Of a DNA stretch of 64,000 nucleotides, positions 9,335 to 18,005 are shown in pieces; within the stretch, counting starts at the first letter, position 1; each line of letters begins with the position of its first letter. Position numbers and translations under genes: made by a program. Source of the DNA: Candidatus Nanoarchaeia archaeon (GTDB lineage Archaea; Nanobdellota; Nanobdellia; Woesearchaeales; GW2011-AR9); the NCBI GenBank assembly GCA_035288985.1, contig DATDYP010000005.1, forward strand, positions 1,444 to 65,443. The letters are read 5' to 3'. The notes beneath the pieces were generated by a model, which saw only the letters and a list, made by a program, of their open reading frames with translations, did not search any database and was not told the origin of the DNA.

Positions 9335-10627
9335 TTACAATTGTTTCTTAACTACATCCATACACATGCCAGCTGCGACAGTTACACCGGAATCCCGGAT
9401 TGCAAACCTGGACATCTGTGGAATCTCGCTGTTCTTCTCGATGACCACTGCCTGCATCGGCTTTAACCTGACTACAGCTGCATCGCCGTTTCGCAGGATA
9501 TCTTTGTTTTCCGTAACTTCTGCACCTGTTGCTGGGTTTATCTTCTTCAGGATCTCAACAAACTGGCAGGCAACTTGAGCAGTGTGGATGTGGAATACAG
9601 GTGTGTATCCGACAGTCACAACGCTGGGATGCTGCATGATCACGACTTGCGCCGTAAATTCAGTAGCAACAGTAGGCACATGACTAGCATGTCCTAAGAC
9701 ATCTCCTCTGGCAATATCCTTCTTGCCGAGGCCGCGCACGTTAAATCCGACGTTAGCGCCAGGCCCAGCTTCATTAACATTCTCGTGATGCATCTCAATA
9801 GACTTGACTTCACCGGGAACACCTTTTCCTTCTCTTCCAGGAACAATCATGACTTTGTCGCCTACTTTCATGACGCCGGTTTCAACCCGTCCAACTGGAA
9901 CTACGCCGATACCAGTGATATTATAAACATCCTGGATTGGCAGCCGTAATGGCAGGTCAGTAGGTTTTTGAGGAACATCAAACTTGTTGATGGCCTCTAG
10001 TAAAGTATCGCCAGTCCACCAAGGCATTTTGTCAGGCTTCTTCAAGACGTTCTGGCCAGGTAATGAAGCAAGTGGTATGAATCGTACATCAGCAACCTTC
10101 CACCCCGCTTGGGTAGCGTGCTTCTTGACTTCCTCAACGACTTCCTTATACCTTTTTTCAGCATAATCAACACCTGAAATGTCCATCTTGTTTACTGCTA
10201 CTATAAGTTGTCCAACACCAAAGATCTTGCTTAAGCGCAGATGCTCGATGGTCTGTGCATTGACACCGTCATTGGCAGCAACGACAAGAACAGCGCAGTC
10301 TGCCTGAGAAGCGCCAGTGATCATGTTCTTGATAAAGTCCCTGTGCCCAGGTGCGTCAATGATAGTAAAGTAATATTTGTCAGTATGGAACTGCTTGTGC
10401 GACAGGTCGATGGTAACCCCACGTTCCTGTTCTTCTTTCAGATTGTCCATAACGAAGGCAAACTCGAACCCTCTTTTACCAAGCTGTTCGGCCTTCTCTT
10501 TCAATTTTCTCATCGCCTGTTCGTCGATGTTTCCTGAATCGAAGAGCAATCGTCCGACAGTCGTCGATTTACCATGGTCTACGTGACCGATGAATACCAA
10601 GTTGATGTGTTCTTTTGCTTTTGCCAT
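9335..10627 (-). CDS. tuf: Translation elongation factor EF-1 alpha
   Basis: [17 protein letters not shown] and NKMD motifs. Full-length, 430 aa. GGAGG 8 nt upstream of the ATG. Confidence 0.97.
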   Translation of the reverse strand: MAKAKEHINLVFIGHVDHGKSTTVGRLLFDSGNIDEQAMRKLKEKAEQLGKRGFEFAFVMDNLKEEQERGVTIDLSHKQFHTDKYYFTIIDAPGHRDFIKNMITGASQADCAVLVVAANDGVNAQTIEHLRLSKIFGVGQLIVAVNKMDISGVDYAEKRYKEVVEEVKKHATQAGWKVADVRFIPLASLPGQNVLKKPDKMPWWTGDTLLEAINKFDVPQKPTDLPLRLPIQDVYNITGIGVVPVGRVETGVMKVGDKVMIVPGREGKGVPGEVKSIEMHHENVNEAGPGANVGFNVRGLGKKDIARGDVLGHASHVPTVATEFTAQVVIMQHPSVVTVGYTPVFHIHTAQVACQFVEILKKINPATGAEVTENKDILRNGDAAVVRLKPMQAVVIEKNSEIPQMSRFAIRDSGVTVAAGMCMDVVKKQL

Positions 10628-10701
10628 GTTGTATATTGTTCCTCCGTCTTTTTCTCGTGTTTCTCGATTATGAATAAGGTAAGCCTTCTTTTTTAGGGTT
10701 A

Positions 10702-10709
10702 TTTATAAA
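10702..10709. promoter_or_regulatory. Palindromic TATA box (tttataaa), possibly used in both directions (tuf on the minus strand, structured element on the plus strand)
   Basis: 26 nt upstream of the element arm at 10736 on the plus strand. About 75 nt upstream of the tuf ATG on the minus strand. Confidence 0.4.
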
Positions 10710-10735
10710 GATTTCGGTTAGAATAGGAAAACAAA

Positions 10736-10860
10736 GCCAAAGTCGTCGTCATGGCCTTAAGGTTTGCGAGAAAATGTTCACTTTAGTCAAAAATTAAGTC
10801 CTATCCTTTCAAATCTTTACGACGAGGATAGGTCGAGCAAACGGCCAAGACGACTTTGGC
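10736..10860 (+). ncRNA. Candidate structured small RNA (unknown class): 12-bp terminal stem plus GGCC/GGCC clamp. Homolog of the element at 51446-51591.
   Basis: GCCAAAGTCGTC (10736-47) pairs perfectly with GACGACTTTGGC (10849-60). GGCC at 10753-56 and 10843-46. Inner helix GTTTGC/GCAAAC. TATA at -27; T8 run at 10873-80. Strand is uncertain. Confidence 0.35.
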
Positions 10861-10865
10861 AAATA

Positions 10866-11240
10866 TCAACTATTTTTTTTCAAATCCAGATCTTTTCTGA
10901 CTTTATCATAATATTTATGATCTCCCAAATGAAATTCAATATAGATTGAATTCTTCACTTTTACAAACAGAATTCTATACTCGGTATTTTCAATGCTAAA
11001 CGGATAGCGAAAAGTGAGGAGCTCATTAGCAGACCATCCTTTATATTGCCTTTTTGAACCAACAACTATTGGCTGAATTTTCTTCTGAATAACCTCTTCC
11101 AGCCAAGCATAAATCTTCTCAGCTTTCGTCTCTGTTAATAAATTTACAATTTGATCGAAATTCCTTCCCAGAAATCCTACTTCATAATCTTGAGAGATAA
11201 TTGCTTCTACTTTCTTTCTAAAGTTTTTTGGATTAACCAT
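10866..11240 (-). CDS. RelE/ParE-like toxin-fold protein (putative)
   Basis: C-terminal YRILFVKVKNSIYIEFHLGDHKYY resembles the RelE/ParE core. ATGGTTAA overlap with the upstream NTase gene. AT-rich. Confidence 0.4.
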   Translation of the reverse strand: MVNPKNFRKKVEAIISQDYEVGFLGRNFDQIVNLLTETKAEKIYAWLEEVIQKKIQPIVVGSKRQYKGWSANELLTFRYPFSIENTEYRILFVKVKNSIYIEFHLGDHKYYDKVRKDLDLKKNS

Positions 11241-11889
11241 GAGCTGCTTTCACAGCCTCATGAGCCAATTCGTATAAAAAGCTTTGGGCATCATATTCTC
11301 GTAAATCTTTATAATATCCTGCTTGAGTATAAAAGAATCGTTTTGCATACGAAAATTTCATTTCTTTTCTAATAATTTCAATGAGTTCATTTTTGAGGTA
11401 ATCAAGAACCTCCTGATAATCTTTAAAAGAATTAATTTTCTGTGTCAGTTGAAAAGTATCTAACACTTCGCCAGTTCTAAAGTACTCTGTGTACAAAATC
11501 AAGAAACGCACATTTTTGTGGAATTTATCCTTCTCATTCATCAGGGTAGGAATCGCTTCATTAATGACATTCCAATAATCAGAGAAAGTTACTTTGAGCT
11601 GTTTCGTGGTAAGAATATTTTTAGCAATACAGCTTTTAGAGCTGGAATGGTAAAATAAAGAGTACAAATCATTAAAGTCTATTACCGTAATTTTAACTTT
11701 TTTATTTGATATTTTAAACTCCTTTTTGCTTCTGGAAATCACAAAAACATCAATATCGTTATATTTATCCTTGTAGAGGAAAGACCCGGTGATGAAACAG
11801 TATTTAGCTGGAATTTGCTTTAAGAGTTCTTCTGCTAACTTGATTCTTTCTTTGACGAGAGGTCTGTTTTGGGGATTGTAGATGATCAT
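11233..11889 (-). CDS. Minimal nucleotidyltransferase (MNT-like) domain protein
   Basis: FITGSFLYKDKYNDIDVFVI matches the GS...DxD Pol-beta NTase signature. Helical C-terminal half. AT-rich. Confidence 0.55.
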   Translation of the reverse strand: MIIYNPQNRPLVKERIKLAEELLKQIPAKYCFITGSFLYKDKYNDIDVFVISRSKKEFKISNKKVKITVIDFNDLYSLFYHSSSKSCIAKNILTTKQLKVTFSDYWNVINEAIPTLMNEKDKFHKNVRFLILYTEYFRTGEVLDTFQLTQKINSFKDYQEVLDYLKNELIEIIRKEMKFSYAKRFFYTQAGYYKDLREYDAQSFLYELAHEAVKAAHG

Positions 11890-12025
11890 TTGTTACTTAA
11901 AATATACAATCTTTATAAATTTTGCTTAAAAAATATAAAAATATATTAAAAAAGTAAACATACCGCCAGAATAATTTTTATGACTGCCTGATTACTAAAG
12001 CAGAGAAGCTAATCAACGAGGTTGA

Positions 12026-12409
12026 TCAGTAATCATTTCCGTCTATAATAACTCCCCTTTCCACTACCGTCCGTTCAGGCATTCCATTATATCCAGGTTT
12101 GCCATCAAAAGATTTATGCAAGGCATGGAGCAATTCAGGATGCCCAGGGCCGACTTCATTTACTACAAGAACTCGGCTGCTGCCAAGACAATCAGCCTCC
12201 ACCATAACATATGAAGACTGATTCCTGCTAATGGGAGCAACATAATAAGTTTTAGCCATTACCAGGCCGCTAGTTGTGCTAAGACAATTTATGCCTCCTA
12301 AGCTATCTAGGATTCCTTCTAAGTTGCGCATTACACCATGCTGAGGCATCCCTTCTACAGGAAGATGGTGAAAGATTCTTTGTTCATACCTAACTACTCT
12401 TCTTACCAT
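12026..12409 (-). CDS. Hypothetical protein (127 aa), starts 2 nt after the fusA stop
   Basis: ORF only. GC-richer than the adjacent islet. No motif recognised. Confidence 0.4.
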   Translation of the reverse strand: MVRRVVRYEQRIFHHLPVEGMPQHGVMRNLEGILDSLGGINCLSTTSGLVMAKTYYVAPISRNQSSYVMVEADCLGSSRVLVVNEVGPGHPELLHALHKSFDGKPGYNGMPERTVVERGVIIDGNDY

Positions 12410-12411
12410 CT

Positions 12412-14610
12412 TTAAGCTCCCAATTCTCCCTGGCTCAATCCTTTTCTCTGGACGATCTGGTTGCGCACTTTTTCCTGCAATTCCATCGGCAGTTTCTCAA
12501 ACATCTGGTCTACTAACGATGAATTTCCCCGGCCTTCTGTACCAGAACGTAAGTCGCTGCTCCAGCCAATCAACTCGGCAACAGGTAATTTTGCAACTAC
12601 AATCACTTGATCCTCTTCTTGGTTCATCTCTAGAAGCTGGCCTCTCTTTGAAGCGACTAGCTTAGAGATTTCTCCCGTATATTCAGTGGGTGCTTCAATT
12701 CTTTGGATCTGTAATGGTTCAAACAAGACTGGGCCAGCCTGCATCATCGCGCCTCGGATACCTTCTCTAACTGCGGGATACATCTGCGCTGGACCGCGGT
12801 GGATAGCATCTTCGTGCAAGGTGCAATCGGTCAAAATAACTTTAACATTCGTACATGGTTCTCTTGCTAATGGCCCTTGTTTCATGACATCATCAAACAT
12901 ATCTAAGACTAACTCTAAGATCTCGTGAATGTAGACAATACCTCTGGTCTGGTCCATGAACATATTACTGCCGTAAATAGCTTTGACCATACCTGCAGTC
13001 TTGGCATCCCAGCCTGCTTCATCACGCAGGAAAGTAACCACTTCATCATCTCTTTTTTTGAATCGTCCCTGTGGCAGTTTGCTCTCTTTGATTCCTTGTG
13101 CAATTACTGGCTCAAGCGGTTCAACTTTGAAGTATAATTTGTTGTGCTTGTTTGGAGACTTTCCTTCCACTTCCGGGCTGGGTTTGGAGATGGTCTCACG
13201 GTATACGACGATAGGCGGTGAAGTCTTGATTTCCACTCCCTTCTCGGTGATAATCCTATTTTCAATGATTTCCAGGTGCAATTCTCCCATCCCGTGCATT
13301 AAATTTTGGCCGGTCTCTTCGTTGATCTCGATCTTGACCGAAGGATCTTCCCTACTTACTTTCCGTAAAACTTCAATCAGCTTTGGCAAGTCAGAGGATT
13401 TCTTCGGTTCAATCGCTTTGGTGATGACCGGTTCGAAGATGTGCTTCAATTCTTCGAAAGTCTGTTCCGGTTCCAAAGTTATAGTCTCTCCGGCAAATCC
13501 TAAGACTCCGGAAATTGCCAGTACGTTACCAGCCGGAAGTGATTCCATAATCTCAGGTTTAATGCCATTATAGATATAGACGTTCTGGATCCGCTGTTTC
13601 TGCTTGGCGTTGTTAAGGTATACTTCCATGCCGCTGCGGAGAGTGCCAGAAAACAATCTTCCTGCAGAGATATCTTTTCCTGAACGGGGATCGATAACAA
13701 TTCTTGTGATGACAAAGGCTACTTTTCCATTAGGGTTGCAGGTGATCAAGTCCTTTCCGAACTGTGATTCTGGATCCCCATGCCAGATCTTAGGGATCCT
13801 GTAGATCTGTGCATCGACTGGATTGGGAAGATGTTTGATGACCATGTCTAAAATTACTTCATGCAATGGCGCATTATTCCAGACCCATTCTTTGCGTTCC
13901 GCTTCTTCCATCTCATAGATCCTAAGAATATCTGAAAATTTTACATTTTTCTTGTGCATGTAAGGGAATGACAAGGCCCAGTTCTCACGGGCGCTTCCAA
14001 AAGCTACGCCGCCATCCTGAACATTAACTTTCCATTGCTCTTTGTATTGTGTTTCTGCGATTCGCCCGACCAAATTATTAAATTCAACTACCAAGGCCAT
14101 GATTCTTTCAGCGATCTTTTCCGGACTCAGTTTTAATTCTTTTACTAAGCGATCGACTTTATTGATGAACAGGACTGGCTTAACTCGTTCTCGCAGCGCT
14201 TGACGGACCACGGTTTCTGTCTGCGGCATGATTCCTTCTACTGCACAGATCAGGACAACGGTTCCATCGATAGCTCTCATCGCCCTAGTGACGTTACCGC
14301 CAAAGTCAACGTGTCCAGGAGTGTCGATCAGATTGATCAAAAATTCTTGGTTATTATATTCGTGTACCATGGAAACGTTCGCTGCATCTACGGTCATCAA
14401 TCGTTCCTGCTCATCAGCATGCTGCCAGGTAGCCATGCCTCCTTCAAGTTGGCCAGCGAATTTAGCTGACATCATCCCTGCTGCAGCCATAAGATTATCA
14501 GTCATCGCCGTCTTGCCGTGGTGGATGTGAGCACTCGTCGCGATGTTCCGAATGTATTTCGGTGTCTGCGCGATCTTCATTACTTTATCAGCAAATTTTT
14601 CTCCTGCCAT
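12412..14610 (-). CDS. fusA: Translation elongation factor EF-2
   Basis: AHIHHGKTA, DTPGHVDF and NKVDR motifs, plus the diphthamide loop HEDAIHRG. 732 aa. Confidence 0.97.
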   Translation of the reverse strand: MAGEKFADKVMKIAQTPKYIRNIATSAHIHHGKTAMTDNLMAAAGMMSAKFAGQLEGGMATWQHADEQERLMTVDAANVSMVHEYNNQEFLINLIDTPGHVDFGGNVTRAMRAIDGTVVLICAVEGIMPQTETVVRQALRERVKPVLFINKVDRLVKELKLSPEKIAERIMALVVEFNNLVGRIAETQYKEQWKVNVQDGGVAFGSARENWALSFPYMHKKNVKFSDILRIYEMEEAERKEWVWNNAPLHEVILDMVIKHLPNPVDAQIYRIPKIWHGDPESQFGKDLITCNPNGKVAFVITRIVIDPRSGKDISAGRLFSGTLRSGMEVYLNNAKQKQRIQNVYIYNGIKPEIMESLPAGNVLAISGVLGFAGETITLEPEQTFEELKHIFEPVITKAIEPKKSSDLPKLIEVLRKVSREDPSVKIEINEETGQNLMHGMGELHLEIIENRIITEKGVEIKTSPPIVVYRETISKPSPEVEGKSPNKHNKLYFKVEPLEPVIAQGIKESKLPQGRFKKRDDEVVTFLRDEAGWDAKTAGMVKAIYGSNMFMDQTRGIVYIHEILELVLDMFDDVMKQGPLAREPCTNVKVILTDCTLHEDAIHRGPAQMYPAVREGIRGAMMQAGPVLFEPLQIQRIEAPTEYTGEISKLVASKRGQLLEMNQEEDQVIVVAKLPVAELIGWSSDLRSGTEGRGNSSLVDQMFEKLPMELQEKVRNQIVQRKGLSQGELGA

Positions 14611-14611
14611 G

Positions 14612-14911
14612 TTAATTATACCTCGTCAAACTATTATTTTCTCTTTCTTGGATAAGCCTATCTGCAAATCGGTCTTGAATAGCATAAGCATGTCCGCCAA
14701 ATCTCCTGCGATCAAGGACGTTTATCTCCATCGGATCTCTTGAAAAAAGAAACTCTCCGACCTTCTTTCCATCGGCGTAGCATTCCATCATCGGTTCGCT
14801 AACCTGTTCATCAGGAGAATCATGTGTTTCAATATTTGCAAGAGTGAAGCAGATGCTTCCTTCACTGGCTAATTCTTGAAGTACTTGTGCAACTAATGTA
14901 ACTTTATCCAT
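14612..14911 (-). CDS. Hypothetical protein (99 aa) wedged between ndk and fusA
   Basis: ORF with 1-nt and 3-nt spacers to its neighbours. No motif recognised. Confidence 0.45.
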   Translation of the reverse strand: MDKVTLVAQVLQELASEGSICFTLANIETHDSPDEQVSEPMMECYADGKKVGEFLFSRDPMEINVLDRRRFGGHAYAIQDRFADRLIQERENNSLTRYN

Positions 14912-14914
14912 AGT

Positions 14915-15394
14915 CTAAAACACATGCATCTCATGCACACTCTTATACTTATGAAGCTCCGCTGGCGTGAACCATAAGGCAATTTCTTCTTGCGCCTCTG
15001 CGGCAGTGCCGGAAGCATGAACTAGATTTTTGATAGCCTTACCCTTAGCATCGGCTGAGGTATAGGAATGATGTGCAAAATCTCCTCGTATCGTTCCTGG
15101 AGGCGCGGTTTTTGGTTCAGTGCTTCCAACCATCTTGCGCACCACTTCAACTGCATGCACTCCTTCCAAGGCGATGGCGATGACCGGTCCTTCGGTGATC
15201 ATCTCCTCCAGTCCGGCATAAAACTTTTTACCGACATGGGCATGGTAATGCTTTTTTGCAAATGCTGTATCAACCAGTTTCATCTTGATGCCGATGATCT
15301 TAAGGCCAGCATCTTCAAATCTGGCTAGGATTCTGCCGGAAAGTCCTCGCTGCACTCCGTCGGGTTTCAGTAAGACCAGAGTTCGTTCAATCAT
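14915..15394 (-). CDS. ndk: Nucleoside diphosphate kinase
   Basis: ERTLVLLKPDGVQRG, and the active-site region NLVHASGT. ATG at 15394 preferred; it overlaps the upstream ORF by 8 nt. Confidence 0.9.
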   Translation of the reverse strand: MIERTLVLLKPDGVQRGLSGRILARFEDAGLKIIGIKMKLVDTAFAKKHYHAHVGKKFYAGLEEMITEGPVIAIALEGVHAVEVVRKMVGSTEPKTAPPGTIRGDFAHHSYTSADAKGKAIKNLVHASGTAAEAQEEIALWFTPAELHKYKSVHEMHVF

Positions 15395-15677
15395 GTTGCG
15401 GTTCTCCTCTCCAAATCTCATAACCAACACCTAATAAAAATCCAACTCCCAATCCCGCTAATCCAGCTACGCTATAATCGGCAACAGACTCCGGAAAAGG
15501 TGTTACTTCATTCCTGACCGTCCTTCCCAAATAGAGACTTGCCTCGCCAAGAACTACGCCCAAATAAAGAAATTTCCCAAATCTAGCATTAGACTCCACT
15601 GTCATTTCAACGGGTACGTCGTACATAAAACCAAGTTCTTCATCACTTGACAGAGGAAGTTGAGAATCCAGCGACAT
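15387..15677 (-). CDS. Hypothetical membrane protein (96 aa)
   Basis: Two hydrophobic segments (FLYLGVVLGEASLYL, VAGLAGLGVGFLLGVGY). Lies in the L24e-ndk operon. Confidence 0.4.
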   Translation of the reverse strand: MSLDSQLPLSSDEELGFMYDVPVEMTVESNARFGKFLYLGVVLGEASLYLGRTVRNEVTPFPESVADYSVAGLAGLGVGFLLGVGYEIWRGEPQHD

Positions 15678-15679
15678 GC

Positions 15680-15874
15680 TTACTCTCCTCTCCCTTTCTT
15701 CCGTTCTGCTCTGGATGCTTCAGTCCAGCGCGTCGTTCCTGGCTTCCTCTTCAGCTTGAGAAGATTCTTCTCGCATTTTGTAGAACAGAAATAGGCAATC
15801 TTGCCGCTAGTGTAAACATACATTTTCCCTGTTCCTTTTTCAATCTGAGTTCCGCAAAAAGTGCATTTTGGCAT
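15680..15874 (-). CDS. rpl24e: 50S ribosomal protein L24e
   Basis: Zinc ribbon CTFCG...FCSTKC and typical L24e sequence. Confidence 0.9.
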   Translation of the reverse strand: MPKCTFCGTQIEKGTGKMYVYTSGKIAYFCSTKCEKNLLKLKRKPGTTRWTEASRAERKKGRGE

Positions 15875-15886
15875 TGTAAAACCTCC

Positions 15887-16174
15887 TTATCGTCGTCCGC
15901 GCCGCGCGCCGCCGAGACGCTGTGCTTCAATTTCTGTCTCTAGCAGCATGAGGATATCGCCAACCCGGACTGGTCCTTTGACATTCCGCCGGATGACTTT
16001 ATTCTGATCTCTTCCTTCTAAGATCTGGCACATTACTTGAGTCAATTCTCCTCTGCTTCCAGTCCTACCGACTAACTCCTTAACTTCGGAAGGGATTCCC
16101 TGGGTGAATTTAATTTCTCCTTCTACCTTAACTTCTTCCTCCTTTTTTTCTGCTCCAAACGGTTTCTTTGCCAT
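15887..16174 (-). CDS. rps28e: 30S ribosomal protein S28e (with K/E-rich N-terminal extension)
   Basis: [18 protein letters not shown]...[18 protein letters not shown] at 16174 preferred over the GTG at 16183 that overlaps the L7Ae stop. Confidence 0.85.
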   Translation of the reverse strand: MAKKPFGAEKKEEEVKVEGEIKFTQGIPSEVKELVGRTGSRGELTQVMCQILEGRDQNKVIRRNVKGPVRVGDILMLLETEIEAQRLGGARRGRR

Positions 16175-16179
16175 GATCC

Positions 16180-16509
16180 TCACCTACGGGATTTAGCCAG
16201 CGCTTCAATAGCAGATTTAGCTTCCCCTTCCCTGACCACGGCAACGGCAGCAGTAGCGACAGCAAGACCAGCAGCTGCACCAAGATCATCTTTTTTAGAA
16301 ACTCCAAAACAGGGCACGCCTTTCTCCTTGCTTAACAAGGGCAGGTGCATGACAATCTCTTTAGGACTGACATCTTCAGCATAGACTACGAGCTTGGCAT
16401 TCCCTTTTTCTAATGCCTTTGTCGCTTCATTTGCCCCTTTACTTATCTTTCCTGTAGTTCGGGCAACTTCTACAGCTTCCAGTATTTTTGCTTCATCAGC
16501 CATTTTCAA
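16180..16509 (-). CDS. rpl7ae: 50S ribosomal protein L7Ae (K-turn binding)
   Basis: [26 protein letters not shown], and the conserved L7Ae-S28e-L24e gene order. Confidence 0.9.
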   Translation of the reverse strand: MKMADEAKILEAVEVARTTGKISKGANEATKALEKGNAKLVVYAEDVSPKEIVMHLPLLSKEKGVPCFGVSKKDDLGAAAGLAVATAAVAVVREGEAKSAIEALAKSRR

Positions 16510-16686
16510 GACCTCGACTTAGTTTTTTAATATTATGCGAGAATAACAAATATGTTACCTCGTTGTCCGCTAGCTTGCTAGTGGATGCCGAAGGACTTGT
16601 CCTTCGAGCAATTTACCAACTCATTGGCGTAACTCTTGGAAATGTGGCTTATTTATAAAAGTTTCCAGAGGAATGGCCCTATTCAA

Positions 16687-17358
16687 TCATGCCGTAATGC
16701 TAAAAAAGACTTGACAGTAATCTTTTGTGCCTGACTTATCTTTGACCATAAGCATTACGGACCCACGTTCATCTTCTTCTTCAAAGGAATGAGCAACTAA
16801 GATTTCATCCGGCCCAGTTATTTCAGAACTAATAACTCCATCACCAAATTCAAGCTCATAATAAATTATATCTCCTTGACTCTTTGTTCCGTCAAAAGTG
16901 AATGGTACATTTACTTGAGGATTGTATGGCCCGCCGCAATCTGCTTTAACAACGGTCTCTTGATCGTTTTCTCGCACACAACGTCCTTCGTGGCAAACAT
17001 ACCCTTCACCAACAAACTCAGAGCAGAATAGTCTTAATGTCAGGGCATATTTCTGGTCTTGACAAGAATACTCTATTAAGAATGGTTCTTGCTCCGGCGC
17101 TTCTTCAAGAGTTTCACAGAAATCTGTTTTTGTTCCAAACTTGTGTGTAACGCCACGATACATATCATATGCGGCAGTTACAGTCCCTCTTTCCAGGAAG
17201 TCTTCGTTATGTGCACTGTACCCTTCTTGAATTTCAGCAGTGTCTGTATCAATACAAAGTTCTTCTATATCAGGTGTTGCTGCATTAGTTTCTGGCTCTG
17301 TTGGCGTTGCACATCCCGCTACTAGAAAGACAAGTAAGATGAACAATATTTCTTTCAT
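16687..17358 (-). CDS. Lipoprotein with C-terminal PKD-like domain
   Basis: Signal/lipobox LLVFLVAGC. C-terminal VPFTFDGTKSQGDIIYYELEFGDG resembles a PKD repeat. Confidence 0.5.
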   Translation of the reverse strand: MKEILFILLVFLVAGCATPTEPETNAATPDIEELCIDTDTAEIQEGYSAHNEDFLERGTVTAAYDMYRGVTHKFGTKTDFCETLEEAPEQEPFLIEYSCQDQKYALTLRLFCSEFVGEGYVCHEGRCVRENDQETVVKADCGGPYNPQVNVPFTFDGTKSQGDIIYYELEFGDGVISSEITGPDEILVAHSFEEEDERGSVMLMVKDKSGTKDYCQVFFSITA

Positions 17359-17409
17359 AAAAACATAAATAAGTCCAAATATATATAATTTTCTTGTAAT
17401 GTCAAAATA

Positions 17410-17590
17410 GGACTGGCGGACTACCGGTCAATAGACCGGTAGCATGTTCGCTCCGCTCACCGCCAGCCTAATTTTGAGCACGCCAGTATACCACAAATAA
17501 GTATGTGGTTTGCTTTGCAAACCACCATTCAATAGAATGGTGGTATACTCAGCGTATCAAAGGCCCGAGGTTTAGAAGGATTTGATTTTT
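17410..17590 (+). ncRNA. Candidate structured RNA or regulatory region: cluster of perfect hairpins with mutually exclusive alternatives
   Basis: Hairpins 17421-42 (9 bp, loop AATA), 17505-25 (9 bp) and 17521-44 (10 bp, loop AATA). Enclosing stem CTGGCGG/CCGCCAG. TATA-like atatatataa at 17379-90; T5 at 17586-90. Confidence 0.3.
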
Positions 17591-17669
17591 CAAGGAATCA
17601 AAAAGCCGCAGCAAGCCTGTGTAATATAAAATCATAAATGATATAAAGATATAGGCAATATCCCAATTT

Positions 17670-17933
17670 ATGAAATTAAATGCATATAGGATCAATCGAG
17701 AATCGAATCCTTGTGGTGTTTATTACTTTGCAAAAGATGAAGAAACCGCTGAATCTTTCGCTCGAAGTCATACCTATTTTGGGGGGAGGGATATTAAACT
17801 TGAAATCCAACCACTTGGAGAAGTAGACCTTCCAGATGGATTAGTTGCGAAAATCATTGAAACAATGCCATCATTCGAGTGTGAAAGAAAAAAAACAGAG
17901 CCTATTACTTTACACTTAGTTGTAAAAAAGTGA
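17670..17933 (+). CDS. Hypothetical protein (87 aa)
   Basis: ORF only; AT-rich. Confidence 0.3.
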   Translation: MKLNAYRINRESNPCGVYYFAKDEETAESFARSHTYFGGRDIKLEIQPLGEVDLPDGLVAKIIETMPSFECERKKTEPITLHLVVKK

Positions 17934-18005
17934 GGTTTATCTAACAAAAACATTAAACAAGATCTGGAAGGAACATTTATTAAGTTATTTTCAATTTAAT
18001 ATCTT

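Noticed and set aside
10764-10949. 61-aa plus-strand ORF across the GGCC-clamp element and the end of the RelE-like gene
   Set aside because: It starts inside the structured element and overlaps the minus-strand gene. It is most likely spurious.
12686-14530. Several 60-196-aa plus-strand ORFs inside the EF-2 gene. Similar antisense ORFs occur inside tuf, ileS, ftsY, the PRPP-synthetase-like gene and the metallophosphoesterase gene.
   Set aside because: They lie entirely antisense to long, well-supported conserved genes, have low-complexity or Ser/Leu-rich translations, and lack promoters. They are typical shadow ORFs.
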